DNA from: Alloascoidea hylecoeti
Lineage: Eukaryota
Direction: 5' to 3'
Assembly (NCBI GenBank): GCA_001600815.1
Contig: BCKZ01000005.1
Coordinates: 743,727-807,726 of the forward strand
DNA: 64,000 bases
The position numbers and the translations under genes were made by a program. The notes below the pieces were generated by a model. That model worked only from the letters and a program-made list of their open reading frames with translations. It was not told the DNA's origin and ran no database searches. Positions 36,429-50,000 of the stretch are shown piece after piece (within the stretch, counting starts at the first letter, position 1; each line of letters starts with the position of its first letter).

Positions 36429-37382
36429 TTAGTAAATAACAAATTTTGCTTTACCAGAAGTAACAGAAACAGTACAACCATCAGCACCGCCATTAAACAG
36501 ACCATTTTCATATTTGCACTCACCCAAAATAGTAGATCCAGGATTAGCTTCAATTCTGACATTAAAGTTGGCACCTTGACGATTGTTTGGATTTGGAATA
36601 AGGGATAAATATGAAATGCCACTGGAATAACCGGCACCAAATTCAATTGGTGCCCAGTTACCAACTGTCCCACTTTCAGTACCCCAAATACAACCGTCAC
36701 TGGGTGAAATACCAGCATTGTTGACATAATATTGAGCAGATGTTTTTAAACCTTCCCATTGGTAGTATGAATCTTCATTGACAACAGTAAGGAGTTGTGA
36801 AGCACCGCCATTAACAACTGTTGGAATAACCATATTTTCACTTCCTGGATAGTCTGTCCTGCATATACTGACAGAATCTGAAATGGTTGAGACGACTTCT
36901 GCACTATCAACCCCCCATTCACATAGATAATCTGCATCAGTATTTGTACGATAAAGATACCCATTTTTACATAGGAGACCCCCAATACTGGAACCTGATA
37001 CTGGTTGATACGATGGATACTGTGTCTTGGACATACCCGGCTGACAGGCATATGAACAAAAATGACCTTCTTCACAAGAAGAGGCAGGTACGGCACTTCC
37101 ATCTGTGATAGTGGTCCAGCTATCAAAACCTAACCAATCGACTGGAATAACACCTTGTCCAGTTGGGAATGCAGAGCATTTAATGGTGCCGTCTTCAAAC
37201 TTTGAATCTGGGGTAGCATAGGCTTTCAAGTCTCCTAAAATGCTCGTATCCCTTTTAACTTCGTGGGGGTGGTGAATATGTTCAACTCTGGTTCTGTTTG
37301 ATTCATTGGCAAATAATGGAGCTGATAAAGTTGTAGATGATGCCATCAAGGCCAATAGGATATTTGTTGATAATTGAAACAT
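36429..37382 (-). CDS. Secreted SUN-family beta-glucosidase-like protein (Uth1/Nca3/Sim1/Sun4 type)
   Basis: Signal peptide and a KR site. SUN domain [45 protein letters not shown] and GNWAP. There is no long Ser/Thr linker. Confidence 0.95.
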   Translation of the reverse strand: MFQLSTNILLALMASSTTLSAPLFANESNRTRVEHIHHPHEVKRDTSILGDLKAYATPDSKFEDGTIKCSAFPTGQGVIPVDWLGFDSWTTITDGSAVPASSCEEGHFCSYACQPGMSKTQYPSYQPVSGSSIGGLLCKNGYLYRTNTDADYLCEWGVDSAEVVSTISDSVSICRTDYPGSENMVIPTVVNGGASQLLTVVNEDSYYQWEGLKTSAQYYVNNAGISPSDGCIWGTESGTVGNWAPIEFGAGYSSGISYLSLIPNPNNRQGANFNVRIEANPGSTILGECKYENGLFNGGADGCTVSVTSGKAKFVIY

Positions 37383-38959
37383 TTTAATAAAAATTAATAA
37401 TTAGAAAGAAAAATCTGAAAATTGAATGAAAGTGAAAAGGTAGAATAAATTTAAAAGAGTGAAAGTACTTTTCAATATATGTTAATGAAAAGTAGTGTAA
37501 AGATTTAATGAGGAAAATAATACTCCGGATTTCCTTCATTTTATATTCCAACCCTCAATGGTCCAAGCATAGTGAAAAAACGGCCCTAAAAGTCAAAAGG
37601 TATAGTATAGGTCTTACTTTCATTGTCCTGGGCCACAAAGTATAAAATACATTTTTTATGTGTTAAGCGGTCTCGGCCCATCCTACCCGCCATGGTTTAC
37701 AGGTATTTCACTTTACTTGAACAAGTCAAGTAATTGGATACATTCAAATTAAGGCCGAATCTCAATGCATATGTCCAAACACGTTTGCATGCATATTTTT
37801 TTTAAACTACGAGAAATCTTCTTAATTTTACCAGTAACACAGTGCCAACAAGGTTTGAGTTTTTCAAAATTTCGACCCAATGGAAAATATATAACTAGTG
37901 AAATGGCCTAGACTTATGTTGATTGATTCATAATTCGGTGGTATTCAATCATGACTTTTAAGTTACAACAGTTTTTTTTCATCTTTCCTCAAAATTACAG
38001 GCACAATTAATTACAACAATACTGCCTTTAATCATATAACATATCATTAATCATTAAACATACCATTATTCATATAACATAGCTACAGCTAAAGATGTTG
38101 GAAAGATTGAGTCCCCTTACATACGTCAAAAACTAATCATCTTGTTGATCTTCCTAGTATTTATATGCTTGTTTCAAACGCACGATCTGTTTGGTAATCA
38201 AGGTTTTTATATTCTTATTCTTAAGTATCTCTAAGGTTAAGTATGTCTGGGCATAACCAATTTATATAATGAAACCTTGAATGGCCATGAAATCGATATC
38301 AGTTATACTAGATACCTGGATAGATGTAGCATATTAGTAACAAATATTACATACACGAACGTTAACAACTTGTTTTTAAAACTAAGAGTCAATTAGTAAT
38401 TTCCATAGTATGATATTACATTCATTTGCGAGAAAAACAAACCTGCTGCTATATATGGCTATATAAAGTTGACATCAACAAGATTTATCGTTATAGGTTG
38501 TAATCTGAAAAAACAAGAAAATTGCAAGAAATTCAATTGTATTAGTTGTATAATTTCAATTGATATAATAATCAAAATTTATATCCGGTTATATGTATCT
38601 TAAAATGTTGTTCTGATTACAAATAATCATGCTTATAAACCTCTATAAATTTGATTAATTAGCGCTTCGCCAGGCCTAGGAGCAATGGGAGTTAATTTCA
38701 TGTATTGTTAATTAGTTACAAATAGCACAAGTAGTGTAAGATCTTATGTATGTTCCTTTCGCCAAAGGAAAATACACTCTCCTTTAAAAAATACAATGTG
38801 TAAAACTTACTTTCTTTTAAATCAACTACCACTTTGCCATGCCAACAAAAACTCAAAAAAAAAAGAGGTAAAGGGACAATTGACGTTTGAGATTAGATAA
38901 TGCCACTATTTACATCCAACTGAACACTAACGTAGCCAGTTACAATATTCCAAAAGATT

Positions 38960-40410
38960 TAGTTGTTCCCAGGTCTCAATAATAGGTAAAAATATTCCTT
39001 CAACCACGGAGTTTCACAAAACAAAACCAAAATATTCAAGATAGTAGAGCACGGTCTAGAAACGATCAAAGGTGGTTCTGTTGATAGATCACTATTATTT
39101 ATGATTGTTGATGAATATATCCAGGCACAGATTAATTCAACTCTACCAGGTCTAAACAGGTATGTGACCAATGGGTCACGACCACTTTGGATAGATCAGA
39201 TAAGATTTTTTTCAAGACGCCCCAGGTTACCGCTTCGTATACATGTTTTCCAAAGGACCGAGATAGCAAGCAATCCTGTTGTAAGTGATTAAAATGGTTA
39301 TGTAACAAATATAAATATAGTCCATGAAATATTTACTATGTAGATGAGACTGATTTTATTCATGGGATTATGTTGGAAACCCCATGAAGGAGTTGGTTCT
39401 AGTGGACCGTCCGTTTATTTGCTAGTTGATCCCCTCTAAAGGGGGACCACTTGTATTGGATGGGTTAATGTCAAAGTTTATTTTCTTTCCCCTATCCTTA
39501 TGGTTATTGTTAAATCAAAAAAAAAAACCCCCAGAGTTCATGGCTAAAAGTATCAGAGGGTAGTAAATGGTTTGTGACGTGTTAAAATAATCGATTTTTA
39601 TAATTCATCCTGCTTAATGAGCATGTTGATAAATAACTCCTTATAAAAATGGAGAAGACACTTCTTAATATTCTTATCCTTGGCGGGTATTCCAATCATG
39701 TAGAAATTGAAAGAAAAGTATGGTTGGCTTTTTGGTTCTCCCGGAACAGACATCGGAGGCGTCACTGTGGTAAAGATTAAAAAGACCCTATTAGTGACGA
39801 CTCACAAGTTGTAGATTTTTCTTTTTCTACTTGAAATAATAATTTCATGAAGGAACTCCAAAATTTCACTTAACAGTCCTAATCTCACCTATTACAAAAA
39901 GACTATTCTATTTAAATATATACAGTTGAAGGGTAAGAATATTAAGATAATCAAAAGAAAAACATATGGTTTCAAACCAACCTAATCATGAATCCATCCA
40001 TATATAATATATGATCCCAACAAGATAAGAGATAAGGAAAACGCCGCGTTTAAGAGTTAAAAGGGCCCAGATGGTGAAATAATACTTGATAAGGCGACAC
40101 ATAAAAAAACTTACAGTTAATCAGAGTGTGTGATATCAGTGGAAAAAGATAAGGCAACTACGTAAGATCGACTTATTGAGGAGGTGAATATGCGTACGAG
40201 GAATTTTACCAGATGAAACCCTGACCGGTTATTCACCTGAAAATATTATAAAGCTTTTTGCAAGGTGCTTAATTGGCGTAAAGGCAGTCATTGCAACTGG
40301 TCGTTGTATTACGGAAGATCTAGTACTAAGAGAAATGATTAAAGAAATACAATCATTTTCAAGGCAAAAGAAAAGCACATCAGTGTATCGGCGAAAAGAA
40401 TTCCCATAGT
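38960..40410 (+). pseudogene. Decayed coding element, copy B (unidentified; homologous to 33440-34400)
   Basis: Contains EHGLETIKGGSVDRSLLFMIVDEY, FPKDRDSKQSCCK*LKWLCNKY, KIRDKE and SVEKDKAT..EEVNM. Confidence 0.65.
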
Positions 40411-40656
40411 AGGGCTCCTGAAGAAGAGATTAACTGGTTTTCCACATAACGATCTATAAAAATACATAAGTCTATATTTTCTTAATTTAATTTTTTCCAA
40501 ATTTTGAAATTTGAAATTTGAGTTTTGAGTTTTCGGTTTTGATTTTCCCGTGCCAAGAAACATTATAGTGTAAGCCATCTGCTTTTTCAATTAAGTGAAA
40601 AGAAATGACGTATATGAATCGGTATAGAAAGTCATGAAAAGTTTTGTGCTTTAGTA

Positions 40657-40861
40657 CACGCCACTAAAAATGTACAACTTTTTCTAGGCCGAAATTTTGG
40701 TCTCTAAAAAATATGCATGCAACTGTACATAATACGCCATGAGGAAATAATGCAGACTTTATATGCATGCATTTATCTATATAAAGTAGATTATATGAAT
40801 GGTATGCACATGATTATGATTACATATTCATGATTAAAAGTTGTTCATTTTAAGTGGCGTG
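40657..40861. mobile_element. MITE, 205 bp, with 26-bp TIRs
   Basis: Left TIR CACGCCACTAAAAATGTACAACTTTT. The right TIR reverse-complements to CACGCCACTTAAAATGAACAACTTTT (2 mismatches). Flanks are TA and CA, the latter a probable mutated TA duplication. Confidence 0.75.
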
Positions 40862-42269
40862 CACCAATACTAATTGCTACAATTAAACTACGAGCTGCAG
40901 AATTGCACCACCATTTAATATGTATAGTGTATTGGTGCATATTCCCCAATAAGCTTACTAGTGATAGTTACATATGCAAACCTTGTAAGGTAATTAGTTA
41001 TTTCGTCTTATGATGGTTTAAATTTACCCAAGATTCATCAATGTAACAATGGACATAAAAAGAATTACGTACCAAATGCTCTATGTTTAGGGTGCCGATT
41101 ATTTCTCACCTTAGTTCCGAAATTTAAAGCTGATCATAACAATGTTAGGTCCAGATCCAAATATATCCTTTTACCGATAATTTGCCTAAATTAATCAGAA
41201 ACACTATACTTGTTAATCTAACAGATTCCCATGAAATTTAGAGTAACACTTAGGTGCTTGATTCATTTATTTAACTGATCGGCACTGAGGATCTCTCTCT
41301 CTTGTGTATGGCATACTAAAATTAAAGATTAATATATTATTTAACGTTAACTATAATCAATCATGTTGAAATTTTAGTTGAACAGAATAGAACGGAGCAT
41401 ACAAATAAATTATTTAAAGTGTTAGAGTGATGATTAGTAAGCTATGATATTTGGTTGTGTAAGATTTCGTTTTATTTACCTTTACATGTAATATTTTTGG
41501 TACCTTCGGTTTATAATTCATTATTGTTTACAGGGAGTTTATCTTGACCCAGGAGCCCATTAATATTAAGCTGAGTGGAACATGCTCCTGAGAGTCTAAC
41601 CCATTCATTTAGTAATTCGTCTTGAAATATAGTATATTTCTAGTTGCGGGAGCGAGAATTATGAATTGATTTACATAATCAATAATTTTCTAACTACGAA
41701 TCGATTTTAAATCTAATCTGAACTTTAATTAATAATTAATCAATCTAATTGGTAGCTTTTATAGGAAATTAATAACCTAATTAATATTGGTAGCTATTTT
41801 ATCGGACATTTAAACAGTTTTCTTTGCATCACCCTCTAAAAATAAGTTAACCAATGAGGTACTTCACGACTTTACTTAAAATAATTAGTGATTCCTTAGA
41901 ATATTCTCTCATTATCAAAGTGAATTTATTTATTTGACTAAAAGCTCTTTGGCGACTTGAAAGTCACTTGTGACGTATTTGAATAGTAGTAAACAATTTA
42001 GAAATTAAGTTAAGAATTTGTAACAATTAGTGAGCCGTATTTTTGATGCACAGCATGAGAAATGATTCTAGTCTTTCCATTCTTAGAATTTCTAAAAAAA
42101 CAACGCATCGCGTCAGGGAGTGTAGATGTTCTTTAAGCTATTGAACGCTCAACACCAGGCTATTCAGACGATTGAAATCCGTAGAAGAAATCCAATTAAC
42201 ACACCTCTGTCTATAAAGCATTTAGCATGCATTATGATGAGTGATCATCATGAATAAACACTGACAAGT

Positions 42270-43030
42270 ATCGCGAAAGAATCTCCGTAAAATAGTGTAG
42301 AGACACATACCATACTGCTATGGGCTCAGTCGATTTAAAGAGACACCGTGAAGTCAATAAGATTCCCCTGGAGGAGTAGCATAGTCACCGAAATAAATGG
42401 GTAAACCTACCCTGCATCATGAGTAGAGGAGGAATTTAAAATCATAATTTCTTCTGATGGAACCAGCAATTCCAAAAGTGTCAAATGAGTGACTCGTAGC
42501 CTGTAGAAAAATAGTTTCCGGCTCGTAAGTATAAAAGGAAAATCTAGAGGTCTGTGACTGATGCTTTGGAGATTCGTAGAAGATAACAGCCGACCCGAAT
42601 TTCACGTTTTTGATAACAATGTAAGAAATATATTTGGATGTACTTAAAGAGGCTTTAAGACCTCATCTGATTAAATATTTAGGAGTGGACTTCAGAAATA
42701 AGGTTATCCACATGTAAGCTAACACACAATTCATAAAACTAGCGATGTGATGGCGTAGTAAAGAGAAGAGGAGATTGAAGTGGTGGAGTGGCCGGCATAC
42801 AGACCTCAACCCAATAGAGAAGGTCTAGGCTAGGTGGAAGCGTCTGATCACGTATGAAAGGCCAGCCTCGGTGAAATTGCTCGAAACCAAGATGAAAAAA
42901 TGGATCAACTTCAGGTATACATTGAAAAGTCTTGTGGAAAAATCGATTAACAATTTTATTTAAAAGTTATCTGCTGAACGCCAAAGGTCGTGGAAGAAAC
43001 TTCTAAAAAATGGTGGTGGTCATGTGGCTA
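42270..43030 (+). mobile_element. Tc1/mariner (IS630-like DDE) transposase relic
   Basis: In order: FKIIISSDGT (first D, near 42456), a decayed second-D region, EVVEWPAY then a frameshift to DLNPIEKV*ARWKR (WPxxSPDLNPIE motif, 42789-42840), and terminal KNGGGH. Confidence 0.85.
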
Positions 43031-46000
43031 GAACTACTCAATTTATAATTCTATAAATAGCATGATTAGAAAGAGGAGATAAAGAACTTTTATTTCTCTT
43101 ATACAAAGCGTTTTTCTAATATTATTTTGTGTTATTTGTGGTTTAATAAAGATTTAAGTTATGGTGTTACACACAAATTTTTAGTGAATGAAGTGATGTA
43201 AAACATTATTATCGAATTGGTATACCATTGTATCCGCTACTTGCATGTAAATATATCGACCCGATTTATACCAATCACAACATAACATATTAAGTAGCTT
43301 ATATAATTGACTTTGTGGATTTTCTTAGATAGGTATATATATTTAAAGGTCAATCGAAAAGATGGTATTAACTGTTTTATTTCATACCCCTTTATTAATC
43401 AAGCGCTCTAAGATATATCCCCGCAACATGATGTGTTTGTCTGAATCAAATCACAACAATTGTATTATTCAATTCTTAATATCAGCCAATTAAAACACTA
43501 TTGGGTTTATTTTAAGTTAATTAGAGCATAAAATTTGTTATCTTCACTTTTTTTTTTTGAATGACATCCTTTTTCTCATTCTTTCACATCAGCCTAAAAA
43601 GTAGAAAACATAACGTAAGTGCAACATTTCAGAGCATAAAAATATGAAATTTCTCAACTGATTATATACATTTATATGATATTAAAAATGATAGTATTAT
43701 TTATATTACTCCACAATCCTTTGGTAAAATATATCCCGCAAAATATCTATAGGTACACAAGGTGTACAATTTGTACATATAACTCAATCCCTTTAAAATC
43801 AAATTACTGTTTACTTTTGCTTTCCCTCACTCGTCCCCCCATCACAAACCCTGGACTCTGCAGTGCTGATGGAGTTCTTCGCTGCATAAAAATTCATTTC
43901 TTAACCATTAAATCATTTTTAGGCTAATGTAGTGCTCACCACGGAATATGAAACCGTAAACATAAGATATAAGGGTTCTATTGACTAGCTTGAACTTTAC
44001 AACTCAGCATAGAATATATAGTACCGAACTATGCTGTTAAATGTTTGAATCTCATTTTCATTATTTTTTTGGGGGAATGGGTGATACAGCCGTATTCAAT
44101 GTGCATGTGTCTTCACTCACTTGAACGTGCAGGTTCGGCTATATTAAGCTTATATTTTACCGATCTTCCCAACGGTAAAACATTGCCGAATATTCTATAT
44201 TAAAGCATTCTAATTAAACTCGGACCTTACTGGTTCACGAATTTTCAGTCGTCTTATAATTACAGTTGGCCGAATAATATTCATTAAAATCGCTAAATAA
44301 CTTGCAGAAGTATTATAATTGTCTTATGAATCGCTACCAATATTAACTACAGGACTAATTTTTATAAAAATTACTATGGTTATAAAAAACTCTTAAACAA
44401 TTTTTTGATTAACAAAAAATTCGCCAATTAATTTACAAGCTCTCCACTGGTTTAGTAGGTAGTTATATATATGTGTATGCATATGTATAGCAAATAGAGA
44501 ATAAAATAAGCGGGATCCGGATCTAACATTGAATTGATACTTCACAATTGATATTAATATTAATCTTTGTCACCACAGATATCTAGCTAGGCATATCACA
44601 ATTTAACAGCAGTATTATTGTGCACAATCTAAACCGGCCTTATAAATTGTTAAATATAATAAACTACTTAGTACTTAGTAATGAATGTTTTCAGGTATGT
44701 AAAAGCTATATACCGGTATTGCTCTGTGAAAATTGACCCTTCTTTTAATTCCATGTATAATTTTAGTGGCTACTACAAATACCGATCAATGGTAAGCTAA
44801 GTAATAATATTAATTTTTTTACATGCATTATATTGTATTCTCTAATTCGTATAAGTATAAATTCAGGAGAAAATTTCTTCTTTAGAAAAAGCCCTACAAT
44901 TTACAAGTTTCGTAAAAGGTTGAATAAGCGGCAGACAGGTTTTTAAAAGTCTGGGATGATGTTAAATTGTTAATTCACGATCAAGCTTATATTTTTATGC
45001 TACATGTACCATTTATAATAAAAATTATATTCGATCAAATTAAATTGTAACTTAAAGGATTTCCCCAGCCTATATCTGCAATGACCCGTAACTACAAAAT
45101 ACCTTCTTAGCTCATATAAGCAAATAACCCATAATTTTCTCTGAATGGTTATCATGATTCATGATCACCTCATAATTGTATATTAATGCAGATCGCCAAA
45201 TTTCAATCAAAGGAATAAATGTCTATATATGGCGGATCAATTATAATTTTAACTACGCATGAACATTAATTATAAAGCTAGCTAGCAGATGATCAACCAT
45301 TAATTGTAAATGCAACTATAGAATTTGATTCGATTTGTACTCTTGGAGGATTAATAGCCAAATTATAAGCTTAAGTAAATGTTGTACGTACCAAGTAGGT
45401 AATATATTAATTAACATTATGAATCTCCTGATTAATAAAAAAAATAAGAGTAAAAATGTAATACTATACTATTATTATCTTTTTTAGTAAGTTGATTATG
45501 AAAATAAAGAAAGAAAGAGAGTTCACTGTAGTTATTTATGTTTATGCACGTCTACATATCATGCATATCAATTTTTTTGTTTTACTCACTATAATAGTGT
45601 AGTTAATATTTATGGAATTATGCCTGCTAATTATATTACTTGTATATTTTTCTCTAATAATTGATATTATTTGAAAAGCATGGCCTCCAGCTATTATTAA
45701 TGTTATGAATATATACCAGTGTATAAGACCTTATAGATTTAGCCCTATATCGATCTACAAAAAATATTCAAAACTTAAAGTTTCAATTAGGAAGTAAAAC
45801 CTACATAAAATTGCAATAATATAATTTATAATTATAAGCTATAGAAAAGAAATACTCTAAGAAAGATGATATACAGTATTATACACAAACTATTACACAT
45901 ATATATTTAAATATATTGTGTTTTTTATTTCCACTATCGAATGATGGAGAGAAAAGGCTTTAAATTAATTATAACTGAATTGAGTTTCTTCTCATTTATG

Positions 46001-46053
46001 ATTTGTTTCGTCTTAAAGCTATAACAGCTTATATAACAAAGCATGGATTTTAA

Positions 46054-46093
46054 CTTCCATAAGGCTTCCATAAGGCTTCCATAAGGCTTCCAT
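46054..46093. repeat. 11-bp tandem repeat (CTTCCATAAGG) x3.6
   Basis: Read directly from the sequence. Confidence 0.9.
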
Positions 46094-47061
46094 GAGATAC
46101 GAACCAGGTTTTCCTTCCATGGGGGTATAAAAAAACCCATATAATATAAACTTAGGACTTTATGCATTCTTGCGTATTGTATGCAGAGTGAGCAATACCA
46201 AATAAGGAAACACGGCTGTCTGTTAACTTTTTATTTACTTGAAAATTGTCGTAAGGTACAAACCGTACAATTATATGTAACTAATAACTGTAAATAACGG
46301 AGATATTTAGTTGATTTGAAATTGACAAAAAAATACTAATATATACAGAAATCTGTAATTTGAGAGATATATATTTATGATAAACTTGCAATTGTCACTT
46401 TGGTGATCACGATCATTATACTAATTAATTATAGCATATGTATATATATCCCTCAATCGAAATCATTCAACTTCCGTAGACCTCCATGGCCCATTAAGGG
46501 TTCTTTTCGAGTTTCTTTAAATTCCATTGCAATTAGTTATAGTTACTAAACATTGTAGTTAAGATCACTAGAGCTAATATAACTGATATTGCCAAGCCTA
46601 ATAATGACCACGCTACTTCACAAGTTCGAACCTGTGATATTGATAATTATAAGAAAGCAGTGTAGAGTTCGAAAAGCTTTTATATTTGTTAAATACGTGC
46701 AATTACAGGTTTTCATCGAGTAGTATTATAATTATAATTATTAAGTATACTGTCTAATTAATCAATATGACACTTATTAAATAATAAGATAACAATTATG
46801 ATGAAAATAATAAGCGGAAGCTCAACTAATATAAGTATAACTTAATAATTCAAATAAAAAACTTAACATAAATTTTTAAGGTGATTCAGGTTTAAAAAAA
46901 CCTGTTTATCAATTATAAATTTAAAGCCTTAAGTTAGTTTTGTAAGGAAAAAAAAAGAGAAAATTTTATTCATTATCACTATCTAAATATACCTAGATTA
47001 AATAAAAATCAAGCCAAAATTTTGTGTAGTACTTTTCAACGTAATTTTCTTTGTTCTTTAA

Positions 47062-50000
47062 TTAAATACCCAAAGATCGAAGAGGTGGTAGTTTTATCCG
47101 ATGATTCGGTTTGGAATTATTACTTGTAGAGGAAGAGGAGGACGATCTTCCAGTTGATAAGTCTGGCGGTGTTGATATAGAAGGCCTAGGAGTTATAATT
47201 GATGGAGAATTAATTATACCATTAATATTATTGACATTTGATGAAAATGGAAGTGAACCCTGTGTATTTTGAAAATTTTGTTCTTGGAGTTTCTGCCCTA
47301 AGAGATATTCATCGTTTGAACCTCTCATAATAATATGGTTGTTTATACCATAACTAGAAGTCTGTTGTTCTTGTTGTTGTTTAAAATGTCTAACCATTTC
47401 TCCAGAAGGTACAATGCTCTGTACTTGCATTGGTTGCTGTGGTATCTGTAAAGATTGAAATTGCTGTGTGAATAAAGAATTATTCTGTTGTTGTATAACC
47501 CCAGATTCATATGTAGGATTTGGAACTGATTGTCGTTGTTGGTGTTGTTGTATCAATGGTTGGTGTTGTGGGTAGATCAAACTTACACTTCTTGATTTGA
47601 GTCTATCTAAGTTTTCACTCTCAGCAAAACCATCATTTGACCTTTTAAGATTATTTTGATGAAACTGTTGTGAAATACCAAGATACATTGGATGATATAG
47701 TTGAGGTTGTGGAATATAAGTCATATTCTGAATGGGGATCATGGTTGTATCTGGACGGTATAACCTTGTTTCCTGCGTAGGTAAATAACCTGGAGGTTTC
47801 CGTAAAGAACGATTACGCGCTTGTTTAGAACTATAAAAGAGCGGTCAATATTAATAATTCAAATTGAAAGATTAAGAGGGAAAATCTAGTTCCGTACTTT
47901 TTAGAAGTGTCTTTTCGTAATCGTAGTCGTACACCTTGCTCACAAACTAATTTAGTTAAGTTTGTTGAAGGTAGTGAACCAGTATATCTTTTTGGAGTGA
48001 AAACTATATGGGTTAACAATGTTAGTAAATTTTCTTGCGCCTAGGCTAATGTGGAACAATAAAGGCATGTCACTTGGTATTTAGAGATCTAGAATCATCC
48101 CAGTATATTGAAAGATGATCTTGAAACCCAGTAAATTTAACCATGAATATGATGACCTCTTGTTTCAAAAGCCTTCAAACAAGCACCATTGTATAAATAG
48201 AATCTAAAAAATAGAACTAATGTGACTTACCAGTAAAATAACTAGATATGTTAGACACTTTAAATGTGAATCCAATATCCCTATATTTCAACATGTTTAG
48301 TGAGTTTTCGATCATGATAATTTTAGCTTTGAATTCAAAGTTTATATTATGCTTACTCTTGTTCATATAGAGAAAACTTTAATCGATATTCTCCAATGCT
48401 CATCATTGATAGATCACCAAAAACAAAGTAAAATCCTGTTTGTTCTTTATATTGCACTTTATGGCCCGAAGAAACTCTTACACCAAGTAATGGATAAGAT
48501 GAGTTAAATCTTTTATCGATATTATTCAAAGATTGTGAATCATCTTCATTATCCCCACTATCCTCATTTTTGTCAATTTCACTGATATCAGCTTCCTCGT
48601 TAACATCAATATTGTCTTTATCCGTTATACTTGTATTCTTCTTTTCTTTTCCTTTTCCTTTTCCTTTTTCAATCTCTTTTTGTTCTTTCTCCCTCTTTAT
48701 TTCTGTTTGTTTTTTATCACCGGAGGTCCTCTTTTTCTTTTCAGCTTGATCGTCAGGTTCCTTCAAGATCTCACACATAAGTAAAAAAGTCTTTTCAAAT
48801 AACCAAGGAGGAGTGTATTCTAAGAAAAAAGAAAAAAGTTTGAATATTTTCTGTTAATTTAAGCCTATAAGTCAATATAAATTAATGAATAAACAAACTA
48901 ACCCTTTGAAATCTCGTCATCTTGTAGCTCCACCGAAAAATCACTGTCTGTAACCGGAATGCGATTCCTCATCACCGATAATCTCAATATTGGAGGGGGA
49001 TCAATTGACCTTCTATCAGATAGACCCCCTTTGTCAAAGCATGATGAAACCTTACAATGTATGGGCTCTTGCATGACTCGTAAACAATATTGTGGTTTAC
49101 TACGTCAGAATTTTGTTAGTACATTTGTATCCTTTCATACAGCATTATGAAAAAAGAAGTAACGAATCTAAGAATTAATCATAAGATCTACTAATGGTAG
49201 AATAGTTCTATCATTATTTTGAGAACATACCTTTTATCTTCATCATCTGACAAGGCAACTCTACCACGGTGTGCAGTTGAATTAAAGGACTCCATAGGCC
49301 ATGGTGTATTATTGTGGCCGTATACATCACCAAAATTTCTTTGTGATTGTTTATCACCATCACCATTATTAATACGATTACGAATGTGCATATCTTTAAT
49401 TGACGAGAATGGTACAAATTGATTATTCTGAAAATTGTATGCCGATGGCATTTGAGTATTATTCTGATTTGAAAACATTACTTGAGGCTGAGGCTGTCCA
49501 ACAATGTTTGAAGAAGCTGGCTGAAATTGTGAATAGTTAACATTCTTATTACTATATTGAGCTGAAGCTGATGGTGCCATAGGTAATGAATTTGATGTCA
49601 TGGAATTATCTGGGAATATATTCGGTAATATTGGAAGTTGTGGATGAAGAGTATGCTCTTGCTGGTGCTGTTGAAAAAAATTGTTCTGTTGTCTGTCAGA
49701 GTTTGGAGGAGACTTATTTATATATATGCCCTCCTTACGAACGACACTTTGATTTGTATTTTTATTCATATGATAATTATACGAGTGTTGATCATAGCTC
49801 AACTGAGGTTGGAACTGGGGTGGATTTGATTGGATCTTACTATTCCTGTTGTTTTCTTGTGTAAGATTTGGGTCTAATCGTGGGTGGTCATATACTATGG
49901 AAGGAATTTGCAGCTGATTAGGGGTATTATTATTGCTTTGTAATACATTGGAAACTAAAACCTGCGATTGAACATTTGAATTGGCATGAATTGTTCCGGT

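Noticed and set aside
33500..40190. Reading the relic pair as protein-primed DNA polymerase B (IRENIIGGK / YVRSTYxGG)
   Set aside because: No DxxSLYP motif follows, and the synonymous-change pattern favours the EEVNM frame.
46615..46640. B-box or T-arm-like CACAAGTTCGAACCTGTG as a tRNA gene
   Set aside because: No acceptor stem, D-arm or anticodon arm can be built.
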